Below are positions 50,026-58,883 of a stretch of DNA of 64,000 nt, piece by piece; the first letter of the stretch is position 1, and the number at the start of each line of letters is the position of its first letter. A program made the position numbers and the translations under genes. The DNA lies in assembly GCA_963755045.1 (NCBI GenBank), contig CAVWIL010000007.1, forward strand, positions 205,322-269,321, read 5' to 3'. This stretch comes from Nitrospirota bacterium (lineage in GTDB: Bacteria > Nitrospirota > UBA9217). Under the pieces are notes generated by a model. It had not been told where the DNA came from. It saw only the letters and a program-made list of their open reading frames with translations, and ran no database searches.

Positions 50026-50569
50026 TTTTGGGCAGCTCATCACTCGGCCACGCAGCATGCAGGGAAGATGTACAGTACCTCCCCCTGATATGCAGAACTC
50101 GCATCACTCCACCCTCGCCCTTTAAAAAGGGCTCGGCCGTGTCTGCCTTGTCTTGTTCTCGCAACTACGATCTGTGCAGCATTGCTATGCGTGTCTTTCG
50201 CTCAGAGCTACCCGGCGCAGGGGTAAGTCAAAACTTAAAAGGCCTACTCCACTCAGTGGAGAATTAACCTCTATGGAGTTTGAGGAGAGACTCATATCTT
50301 TGCCTTTCCAGAGGCCCCTGCATCCCATGAACAGGTTCGCGCACAAGCATGGTAAGGTAGAAAAGACCGATGCTGCTACAAAGCCAGGCAGACACGGCCG
50401 AGCCCGTTCTCCGGGCGAGGGTGGAGTGCTGCGATGCTCGAAAAGGCTTGTTATCAGTACCGGCAATCATGCTCTGCGCGGACCTGTGAACTGGGGTGCA
50501 GAAAAAAAAGATCGTGACATGTGCAGATCAGGAACAGAGAAAAACGATTCACACAAAACCCGGACGACC
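50026..50569 (+). mobile_element. Family A repeat, copy A3 (one terminal repeat retained)
   Basis: Colinear with A2. The right end cacacaaaacccggacgacc equals the family TIR. Internal long-range complementary arms (see findings). Confidence 0.8.
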
Positions 50570-50642
50570 TAAGATTATGATTATCAATCAGGCTTTTCCC
50601 TGCTATAATGTACTTTGATTTATCCTGAAGGGGGACCTGCTC

Positions 50643-51470
50643 ATGAAAAGAAGACTTATTATTGCCGGGATCGTCCTGATCGCCGGCATTGCCGTGGCAC
50701 TCTATATTCGTTATGGGAATTCCCGCGACCAGGGAGCGATGACGTTATCAGGGAATGTCGAGGTGACCGAGGTAAATATGGGTTTCAAGATCCCCGGCAG
50801 GGTACTGCGCCTTTACACGGACGAAGGCAGGACCGTGACCAGCGGCGAGAAGATCGCAGACCTCGACAACGCCGAGTATGAAAGCATGGTCAATCAAAAC
50901 AAGGCATCGGTTCTGAACGCAGAAGCCCAGTACGAAAAAGCACGTAAGGACTATGAACGGTTCACGTTGTTATATCGTGATGGCGTCATTGCGTCTCAGC
51001 AGATGGATGCAGCAAAGTCCGCCTATGATGCGGCAGCAGCGCAGCTCCAGTTGTCCCGTGCATCGCTCCGGACCGCTGATGTAAAACTGAAAGATACGGT
51101 CATTTATGCGCCCCTCAACGGTGTCGTGCTCAGAAAAAATGTTGAGGAAGGGGAAACGGTCGGGACGGGCACGATGCTATTTACGATCGGTGATCTTGAA
51201 AACCCGTGGGTCAAGGTCTACGTGAAGGAAGACAAACTCGGGTTTGTGAAACTTGGTCAGCGCGCAGAGGTAACAGTCGATACCTATCCCGGCAAGGCAT
51301 ATGAAGGCACGGTCACGTATATCTCCTCGGAGGCCGAGTTTACGCCGAAAAACGTGCAAACCAAGGAAGAGCGCGTGAAACTCGTCTTCGGTGTCAAGGT
51401 AAGCGTGAGGAACGTAAACAATGAGCTGAAACCGGGGATGCCTGCCGATGTAACAATCCGGGTAAAATAA
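50643..51470 (+). CDS. HlyD-family periplasmic adaptor
   Basis: N-terminal TM helix, coiled-coil hairpin and beta-barrel motifs. First gene of a YbhGFSR-like operon. Confidence 0.88.
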   Translation: MKRRLIIAGIVLIAGIAVALYIRYGNSRDQGAMTLSGNVEVTEVNMGFKIPGRVLRLYTDEGRTVTSGEKIADLDNAEYESMVNQNKASVLNAEAQYEKARKDYERFTLLYRDGVIASQQMDAAKSAYDAAAAQLQLSRASLRTADVKLKDTVIYAPLNGVVLRKNVEEGETVGTGTMLFTIGDLENPWVKVYVKEDKLGFVKLGQRAEVTVDTYPGKAYEGTVTYISSEAEFTPKNVQTKEERVKLVFGVKVSVRNVNNELKPGMPADVTIRVK

Positions 51471-51586
51471 GGAGCAGCGATCCGGGTCCTGCGTTTTGAG
51501 TTCCTTGTCCGCAGTTCGGAGTTTGAAGCACCGGCACCAGTTTTGGAAATAGGGAGTTTCGCGAATGCAGTCGCAGGGTCGAACTG

Positions 51587-52507
51587 ATGAATGAAACGAT
51601 TATCAGGACAGAGGATCTTACCAAATCCTTTGGTGACAATGTCGCTGTCGATCATCTGTCCTTCACTATCCGAAAAGGCGAGCTCTATGGTCTTGTAGGG
51701 CCGGATGGCGCGGGGAAAAGCACGACCATGAGGCTTCTGACCGCGATCATGGAGCCGACATCGGGTGATGGATGGGTATCGGGTCATTCAATTCTGACCG
51801 ACGGTGAACTGATCAAGGAAAAGATCGGCTACATGTCCCAGCGGTTCGGTCTGTATGAAGACCTGACGGTCATGGAGAACATCCTGTTCTACGCTGATCT
51901 CTACGAAGTGCCGAAGAAGGAACGCCCGCCGCGCATCGAGCGTCTGCTTGGTTTCAGCAACCTTACACCCTTCAAGGACCGGCTTGCAGGGAAGCTCTCG
52001 GGCGGGATGAAGCAGAAGCTCGGCCTTGCATGCTCGCTTATTCACACGCCTGAAGTGCTCTTTCTCGACGAGCCTACGAACGGGGTTGACCCGGTCTCCC
52101 GCAGGGACTTCTGGAAGATCCTGTATGACCTGCTTAAAGCAGGCGTGTCGATCCTTGTATCCACTGCGTATCTCGATGAGGCTGAGCGATGCACCCGGAT
52201 CGGGCTGATGCATAACGGCAGGATCCTGATCGAAGATGAGCCGAAGAACATCAGGAACTCTCTCCACCTGCCCATGATCGAAGTGTGGTCGGACAACGCC
52301 CGTTCAGCCCTGGAGCAGGTACGGCACATGGACGGCGTCCATGGCGTCAGTCTCTACGGAGACAGACTGCATATAACCCTAGAGGAGAGAATGAACTCAG
52401 CTGAAGTAATTGTTAAGATCAGACATGCTGGAATTGATGTCAAGGATTTCCGGGATATTCTGCCCTCGCTTGAGGACGTTTTCATATCGATGGTGGAAGA
52501 GAGATGA
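51587..52507 (+). CDS. ABC transporter ATP-binding protein
   Basis: GPDGAGKST, LSGGMKQKL, LFLDEPTNGVD. Confidence 0.93.
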   Translation: MNETIIRTEDLTKSFGDNVAVDHLSFTIRKGELYGLVGPDGAGKSTTMRLLTAIMEPTSGDGWVSGHSILTDGELIKEKIGYMSQRFGLYEDLTVMENILFYADLYEVPKKERPPRIERLLGFSNLTPFKDRLAGKLSGGMKQKLGLACSLIHTPEVLFLDEPTNGVDPVSRRDFWKILYDLLKAGVSILVSTAYLDEAERCTRIGLMHNGRILIEDEPKNIRNSLHLPMIEVWSDNARSALEQVRHMDGVHGVSLYGDRLHITLEERMNSAEVIVKIRHAGIDVKDFRDILPSLEDVFISMVEER

Positions 52508-52601
52508 TTCGATTTCGGATTGCGGATTTCACCCTGCACTCGCGCGAGCACTCGTAACCGCTGGGCGCAGGCGGAATGCGGAATGGGAATGAGAAATACA
52601 A

Positions 52602-53534
52602 ATGCAAGAGCGCGTGAACAATATCGCCGTCAAAGTAGAGAAGCTTACTCGCACCTTTGGCGACTTTATTGCCGTCGATCACATTGACCTCGAAGTCGCA
52701 AAGGGGGAGATCTTCGGTTTCCTTGGTCCGAACGGCGCAGGCAAGTCCACGACCATCAAGATGCTCTGCGGGCTCCTCATGCCCACCGAGGGGACCGGAA
52801 CAGTGGGCGGCTACGATATCATTTTCCAATCCGAAGAGATCAAGCAAAACATCGGCTACATGTCACAGAGGTTTTCGCTCTATGATGATCTTTCCGTCGA
52901 GCAGAACATCAATTTCTTCAGCGGCATCTACAGCGTTCCGGAATCCAGAAGAGGACTACGCAAGGAATGGGCGCTCGAGATGTCCGGCCTCAAAGACAAG
53001 CGGAACACGATCACCCGGAACTTGCCGGGCGGTTATAAGCAGCGGCTTGCACTCGGATGCGCGATCCTGCACGAGCCGCCGATCCTGTTCCTTGACGAGC
53101 CCACCTCCGGTGTAGACCCGATCTCGCGCCGGAACTTCTGGAACATGATCTACGAGATGGCCAAGGCCGGGACCACTGTCTTTGTCACGACCCACTATAT
53201 GGACGAGGCGGATTACTGCGACCGGCTGGCGCTCATCTACCGCGGCAAAATAATCGCAGAAGGGACCCCGAACGAGCTGCGGAAGAACTACATGACCCGG
53301 GAGGTCCTTGAAATCGAGGCCGAACATATTGTCGAGGCCACGGAATTTCTCGAAAAACAGGGGATCGAGACCGCGATCTTTGGAAGCCTGCTCCATGCAA
53401 CGGTGAAGGATGCAAAGGTGGCAGTCCCGCTGATCTATAAAACATTAGCCGAACAGAACATCACCGTGCGAAGGATCGATAAGATCGTACCTTCGCTGGA
53501 AGACGTGTTTGTGACACTGATTGAGACGTCGTGA
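52602..53534 (+). CDS. ABC transporter ATP-binding protein (second)
   Basis: GPNGAGKST, LPGGYKQRL, LFLDEPTSGVD. Confidence 0.93.
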   Translation: MQERVNNIAVKVEKLTRTFGDFIAVDHIDLEVAKGEIFGFLGPNGAGKSTTIKMLCGLLMPTEGTGTVGGYDIIFQSEEIKQNIGYMSQRFSLYDDLSVEQNINFFSGIYSVPESRRGLRKEWALEMSGLKDKRNTITRNLPGGYKQRLALGCAILHEPPILFLDEPTSGVDPISRRNFWNMIYEMAKAGTTVFVTTHYMDEADYCDRLALIYRGKIIAEGTPNELRKNYMTREVLEIEAEHIVEATEFLEKQGIETAIFGSLLHATVKDAKVAVPLIYKTLAEQNITVRRIDKIVPSLEDVFVTLIETS

Positions 53535-53635
53535 ATCGTGAGTCGTGAGTCGTGAATAGGAGACAGGAGGAAACCGAACGGCAGGTTCTGTTATTCTGAA
53601 TTCTGGCTCCTGACTTCTGGCTTCCCTGAGGTTTT

Positions 53636-54745
53636 ATGAAACTTCTTCGCATCAAGGCGATAGCTAAAAAAGAAATCATCCAGATCCGGCGGGATCCCCT
53701 GAGCCTGGCCATGGCCTTTCTCATGCCGGTATTGCTGTTGTTCATCTTCGGCTATGCCATCACCCTCGATGTCGACAATCTCACGACGATCGTCTATGAT
53801 GCCGACAAAAGCAGCATGAGCAGGGAGCTCGCGGCCGAACTGACTGCATCCGGATACTTTTCAATCGTCCGGATGGCTGACAATCAGCGCGAGATCGACA
53901 CCTACCTGGATTCAGGCAGGGCGCGGGTGGCGGTCTCGATACCCGTTGACTTTGCCAAAACAATCGCATCAGGCGGGATTGCGCAGCTCCAGGTGATTGT
54001 GGACGGGAGTGATTCAAATACCGCGACGATCTCGCTGGGGTATCTTTCAGCGCTCATGGATATCTATAGTCAGCGTGTGACCGGGGTGCGGGGCACGCCT
54101 CGTATCGAACCGAGGGTACGCGTCTGGTACAACCCGGAATTGAAATCGCGGAATTTCATCATCCCCGGCCTCATAGCGGTCATCATGATGGTGATCGCCG
54201 CGCTCCTTACCTCCCTTACCTTTGCGCGGGAATGGGAGCGGGGGACCATGGAACAGCTGATCGCGACCCCGGTAAAACCGTCTGAGGTGGTCATCGGAAA
54301 GCTGCTCCCATATTTCCTTATCGGGTTCATCGATATGGTCATCTCCGTGGTGATGGCTGTTTTTCTCTTCGATGTGCCCCTGAAAGGCAATGTCTTCATC
54401 CTCGCCGTGGTCTCAAGCGTTTTTCTTTTTGGCGCTCTCGGGCTCGGCATCGTCATTTCCATTGTGGCGAAGTCTCAGCTCGTCGCAAGCCAGATTGCGA
54501 TGGTGGCGACGTTTCTTCCGGCGTTCCTCCTGTCGGGATTCATGTTCGCCATCTCGAACATGCCCATGCCGCTTCAATTGTTCTCCCGATTGGTCCCCGC
54601 GCGCTACTTTGTGACGGTGCTGAAGGGGATCTTCCTGAAAGGAAACCCGGTCAGGATCCTCGTGCTTGACGCGATATTTCTCCTGTTCTTTGCAGTGATC
54701 ATCTTCATCGTGGCTAACAGAAAATTCCGGAAGAAGATTGTTTAA
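53636..54745 (+). CDS. ABC-2 type permease
   Basis: N-terminal TM helix, large periplasmic loop, five C-terminal TM helices. Confidence 0.9.
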   Translation: MKLLRIKAIAKKEIIQIRRDPLSLAMAFLMPVLLLFIFGYAITLDVDNLTTIVYDADKSSMSRELAAELTASGYFSIVRMADNQREIDTYLDSGRARVAVSIPVDFAKTIASGGIAQLQVIVDGSDSNTATISLGYLSALMDIYSQRVTGVRGTPRIEPRVRVWYNPELKSRNFIIPGLIAVIMMVIAALLTSLTFAREWERGTMEQLIATPVKPSEVVIGKLLPYFLIGFIDMVISVVMAVFLFDVPLKGNVFILAVVSSVFLFGALGLGIVISIVAKSQLVASQIAMVATFLPAFLLSGFMFAISNMPMPLQLFSRLVPARYFVTVLKGIFLKGNPVRILVLDAIFLLFFAVIIFIVANRKFRKKIV

Positions 54746-54781
54746 GACAAGGGGCAGGGGTCAGGGGACAGAACGCAGACA

Positions 54782-55900
54782 ATGCATAAGAGTTTCGAGC
54801 GCATCAAACAGATGGTGATAAAGGAGTTCATCCAGGTCCTGAGGGACAAACGGATGAAGGCGATCATTTTCGTGATACCGGTCCTTCAGACCCTGGTGTT
54901 CGGATTTGCTGTAACGACCGATGTCAATAATATCCCGACCGCTGTCATGGACCTTGACAATTCCTTTGCAAGCAGGGAACTGGTGGGCCGGTTCGCGTCC
55001 TCGGGATATTTCACGATTATTGCCTCACCGGCAGATCCCGCTGCAATCCAGGAATTGCTGGACCGGGCAACGGTCTCCGTGGCGATCCAGATCAATCGCG
55101 GATTTTCAGCTGATCTGAAAAGAAATATCCCTGCGATGGTCCAGGTGATCGCAGACGGCACGGATTCCAACACGACGACTGTTGCCGTTGGCTATGCGAA
55201 CAGCATAATCAAAAAGTTCTCCGAGGACATGGATGGATCCGACGCGCGGTCTTCAGCCCGGATCGACGTGCGGCAGCGCGCATGGTACAACCCCGAATTG
55301 AAGAGCAAGAACTACAATGTGCCCGGCGTCATTGCCATGGTGATCATGCTGACCTCGCTCCTGCTGACTTCCATGGCCGTGGTGAGGGAACGGGAGATCG
55401 GGACCATGGAACAATTGATGGTCACTCCGCTCAGACCCGTGGAACTGATCCTCGGAAAGACCATCCCGTTTGCCCTGATCGCGTTTTTCGACATGATCTT
55501 TATCACGGTGCTCGGAGTGGTGATCTTCAATATCCCTATCAACGGCCCGCTTTGGCTTCTTCCCCTGTCAACGGCTATTTATCTTTTGTCCGTGCTCGGC
55601 ATCGGCCTCTTCGTCTCTACGGTGGCAAAAACCCAGCAACAGGCGCTCATGGCCACGTTCCTGTTCTATATGCCCGCGATCCTCCTGTCGGGATTCATGT
55701 TTCCCATTGAGAACATGCCGGTCATTTTTCAATTTATGACCTATGCCAACCCCCTCCGATACTTCCTCGTCATTATCCGCGGTATCTTCCTGAAAGGGAA
55801 TGGATTCGGTATTCTCTGGCCGCACATGGCCGCGCTCTTTCTCCTGGGCATGATGGTGATAACCCTCAGCTCTTTACGGTTCAAGAAGCGGCTGGGATAA
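54782..55900 (+). CDS. ABC-2 type permease (second)
   Basis: Paralog of the preceding gene. C-terminus GFMFPIENMP...RFKKRLG. Confidence 0.9.
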   Translation: MHKSFERIKQMVIKEFIQVLRDKRMKAIIFVIPVLQTLVFGFAVTTDVNNIPTAVMDLDNSFASRELVGRFASSGYFTIIASPADPAAIQELLDRATVSVAIQINRGFSADLKRNIPAMVQVIADGTDSNTTTVAVGYANSIIKKFSEDMDGSDARSSARIDVRQRAWYNPELKSKNYNVPGVIAMVIMLTSLLLTSMAVVREREIGTMEQLMVTPLRPVELILGKTIPFALIAFFDMIFITVLGVVIFNIPINGPLWLLPLSTAIYLLSVLGIGLFVSTVAKTQQQALMATFLFYMPAILLSGFMFPIENMPVIFQFMTYANPLRYFLVIIRGIFLKGNGFGILWPHMAALFLLGMMVITLSSLRFKKRLG

Positions 55901-55935
55901 GTACCCGGGGAAGAAAAAACGTGCTATATTTATAC

Positions 55936-55949
55936 ATCAATCCATTGAT
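55936..55949. promoter_or_regulatory. Perfect-arm palindrome ATCAAT-cc-ATTGAT upstream of the rubredoxin-nor genes
   Basis: Overlaps a possible -35 (TTGCAA 55949-55954), with an 18-nt spacer to TACAAT at 55973-55978. The binding factor is unknown. Confidence 0.3.
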
Positions 55950-56002
55950 TGCAAAAAGACAGATAGAGTATTTACAATACCGAAGAATTGATCGGAGGTT
56001 GT

Positions 56003-56161
56003 ATGCAAAAATGGAAATGCACGGTATGCGGATGGATCTATGATCCTGCAACAGGGGACCCCGATAGCGGTATCGCCCCCGGGACTCCGTTCGAGGCGAT
56101 ACCTGACACCTGGGTTTGCCCGGTCTGCGGAGCGACAAAAGATGCTTTTGAAAAGGTGTGA
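56003..56161 (+). CDS. Rubredoxin
   Basis: 52 aa, below the ORF-track cutoff: [50 protein letters not shown]. Confidence 0.92.
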   Translation: MQKWKCTVCGWIYDPATGDPDSGIAPGTPFEAIPDTWVCPVCGATKDAFEKV

Positions 56162-56232
56162 TGAATGTTCTGAAATATACGGCGCTCGAATAAGTTCGCT
56201 ATTGCAGTGAACAATTATTTGGAGGTGTGGGG

Positions 56233-56934
56233 ATGACTAAGAAGATAGCATTCTGGATTTTCGTCATCGGAACAGTTTCCTCGGCAATCCTGTTCCTTGG
56301 ACTGACGTGGGACACCCATCGCCAGGTCGAGACATTGTCCCATGTGGACAAGTTGTCAGACAAGGTGGTGGAAGGGAAGAGAACGTTCGAGAAGTACAAC
56401 TGCAATGACTGCCACACTATCCTGGGCTTCGGTGCCTACTATGCCCCTGATCTTACCAAGGTCATCCAGCGCATCGGTGAGGATGGCTTCCGGTTCCGCG
56501 TAAAGGATCCGGCCAAGGCTTTTGCAGCCTCGTGGCGCAAGATGCCGAATTTGAACGTGTCGGACGCGGAAATGGACAACCTTATTGCATTCTTTACCTG
56601 GGTCGGGAACATCGATAACGGAGACTGGCCCCCGCAGGACAGCAAACAACGCCTCTCCCGCAGCGAAGAGAGGATGGTCGCGGGTGTGGGCGTGTCACCG
56701 GGCGCAGCGGTATTCCAAACGCGAGGATGCATGAACTGCCATTCACTGCATGGCACCGGCGGGACCTTCGGTCCGGCCCTTGATACGATCGGTCGGACAC
56801 TGAACAAAGAACAAATAGAGCATTACATCAGAAATCCCAAGGCCGTGAATCCCAAAGCCATGATGCCGCCCCAGACAGCGCTCTCGGAAAAGGAATTTGA
56901 AGAAGTCGCCGGGTTCCTGGCGCAATTAAAATAG
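56233..56934 (+). CDS. norC: Nitric-oxide reductase cytochrome c subunit (NorC-like) fused to an extra class-I cytochrome c domain
   Basis: N-terminal TM helix. CNDCH heme site in a NorC/FixO-like domain and a second CMNCH heme site with a distal MPP. Confidence 0.75.
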   Translation: MTKKIAFWIFVIGTVSSAILFLGLTWDTHRQVETLSHVDKLSDKVVEGKRTFEKYNCNDCHTILGFGAYYAPDLTKVIQRIGEDGFRFRVKDPAKAFAASWRKMPNLNVSDAEMDNLIAFFTWVGNIDNGDWPPQDSKQRLSRSEERMVAGVGVSPGAAVFQTRGCMNCHSLHGTGGTFGPALDTIGRTLNKEQIEHYIRNPKAVNPKAMMPPQTALSEKEFEEVAGFLAQLK

Positions 56935-56943
56935 GAGGATACG

Positions 56944-58272
56944 ATGGAATACCGCTCACAGAAAATAGCGTACTGGTATTTCGCCATAGCCCTGCTGCTG
57001 TTCACGCTCCAGGTCGTCATGGGGCTCTGGCTTGCATACAGCTACAGCTTTACGGTGCCGCAGTGGATCGTGGACAAATTCTCGTTCGCCACGGCACGTG
57101 CAATGCACACCAATCTCCTCGTGCTCTGGATGCTCCTCGGCTTTATGGGAGGAACGTACTACATTGTGCCGGAGGAAACAAAGAGCGAGATCTACTCAAT
57201 GAAGCTTGCCTGGTTCCAGCTCGTCGCCCTGGTCACCACAGGAGTCGTTGCCCTCGTGGGATTTATCTTCGGCTGGACACAGGGCCGCCCGCTCCTTGAA
57301 ATACCGACTGCCCTCGACTTCGTCGTGGTCGTGGGCGCACTCGTATTCCTGTTTAATGTCGGGATGACCATGTTCCTGGCCAAACGATGGACCGTGATCC
57401 AGGGCACCCTTCTCGGCGGGTTGCTCTTTCTTGCTCTTCTCTACCTGTTCGGAATTCCCTTTTACCGGAACGAAGTCATCGACTGGTACTATTGGTGGTG
57501 GGTCATCCATCTCTGGGTGGAAGGCGCCTGGGAACTCGTTACTGCCGCCATATTCGCGTTCGTATTGATGAAGCTCACCGGCGTTGACCGGCAGGTAGTG
57601 GAGAAGTGGCTCTACGTCGAGATCGGCCTCTTTCTCTTCACCGGGATCGTCGGCACAGGACATCACTATTATTGGATCGGCGCGCCCAAATACTGGCTCT
57701 GGTTCGGCGGGATATTCTCAGCCCTTGAACCGCTCCCGATCCTGCTGATGTTGATCGACACCATGAATCACGTTAAACAGCGCCATGAGGCTATAAAAAA
57801 TCCGCTTACCTGGACTATCGCGATCGGCTGCGCGGTGATGCACATGATCGGTGCGGGGGTATGGGGTTTCATGCACACCCTGCCGCAGATCAATTACTAT
57901 ACCCACGGCTCGCAGGTCACGGTCTCGCACGGCCACCTGGCCTTCTTCGGGGCCTACGCGCTCTTGAACATCATGGTCTTCTATTATGCAATACCGAAGA
58001 TCAAGGGGATCGAGGTCTATGATCCATCGCGCGGGAAAGTAGCTTTTTGGACGATGACGACGGCAATGATGCTGATGGGGCTTTCCTTCGGGATCGCCGG
58101 CGTGGTGCAATCGTATATTGAGCGGGTGCTGGGTATGGGGTACATGGCGGCCCAGTCTTACATGCGGCTCTGGATGGAGATAACGTTCTTTTTGGGGATA
58201 TGTTTCTTTATCGGCGTCTTGATCATGGTTTCCGACCTTCTGTTTCTGCGGCCCGCACGGAAGACGGCGTGA
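56944..58272 (+). CDS. norB: Nitric-oxide reductase large subunit (cNOR-type NorB)
   Basis: Heme-copper oxidase fold. WWWVIHLWVEGAWEL (NOR glutamates), GTGHHYYWIG, HGHLAFFGAY. 442 aa without a quinol-NOR extension. Confidence 0.88.
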   Translation: MEYRSQKIAYWYFAIALLLFTLQVVMGLWLAYSYSFTVPQWIVDKFSFATARAMHTNLLVLWMLLGFMGGTYYIVPEETKSEIYSMKLAWFQLVALVTTGVVALVGFIFGWTQGRPLLEIPTALDFVVVVGALVFLFNVGMTMFLAKRWTVIQGTLLGGLLFLALLYLFGIPFYRNEVIDWYYWWWVIHLWVEGAWELVTAAIFAFVLMKLTGVDRQVVEKWLYVEIGLFLFTGIVGTGHHYYWIGAPKYWLWFGGIFSALEPLPILLMLIDTMNHVKQRHEAIKNPLTWTIAIGCAVMHMIGAGVWGFMHTLPQINYYTHGSQVTVSHGHLAFFGAYALLNIMVFYYAIPKIKGIEVYDPSRGKVAFWTMTTAMMLMGLSFGIAGVVQSYIERVLGMGYMAAQSYMRLWMEITFFLGICFFIGVLIMVSDLLFLRPARKTA

Positions 58273-58357
58273 GAGCGCATGATCCTTGAAGACAAGTTGG
58301 TACATTTCTCATTGTCTTTCAATGCAACATCCGTATAACCTTATCGTTTTCTTCTAT

Positions 58358-58502
58358 TATGAGCACCGGGCAAAGCGAACGCTCCCCGGTGCTTCAATAT
58401 CGAGAAAGTTCTATCTCGCCATCAGCCTTGATTTTGACAAGGGAAAGAACGCCTACGTCGCCATCTTGACGAGAGACGCCAGGCAACTCGCAACCCACCT
58501 TG
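58358..58502 (+). pseudogene. Truncated, frameshifted paralog of the small protein encoded at 61441-61692
   Basis: LAISLDFDKGKNAYVAILTRDARQLATHL versus IAASLDFDKDKDAYIIKFKKGSKELTTHL. Ends abruptly at the junction with the next relic. Confidence 0.6.
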
Positions 58503-58681
58503 GGGATTCATGCCACCCATAGAGAACATGCCGGTGATTTCCCAAATTCGTATCCATGCTAACACCTCAGGAACGGCTTCGGCATCCTCTAGCCTCAGAT
58601 GCGTTCTCTTTTTATCCTCGGTGCAGCCACCTTCACCCCAACTCTCTCCGGTCTCTCCGTTTCAAAAAAGGCTTGATTAAA
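58503..58681 (+). pseudogene. 3'-terminal relic of an ABC-2 permease gene
   Basis: GFMPPIENMPVISQI..ANT / NGFGIL / ..KRLD* versus the C-terminus of 54782-55900 (GFMFPIENMPVIFQF..ANP / NGFGIL / RFKKRLG*). Contains an internal deletion, a stop and a frameshift. Confidence 0.6.
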
Positions 58682-58883
58682 AAAGCGCCCTATTTCTGAT
58701 TTTTAGTGAAATATATGATATAGTTATCTATTAAAATGAAATTATGGCTATAAAACAGGACAATCAATAGCCTGCGGGGACAGATGCTAGTCCTTGAATT
58801 GCGTTCACACAGGGATACGAAAATCGATTACTGACCGGTGTCTCAATGACCCTCACCTTTGGTTCATCCCTCTATTAAGGTGA

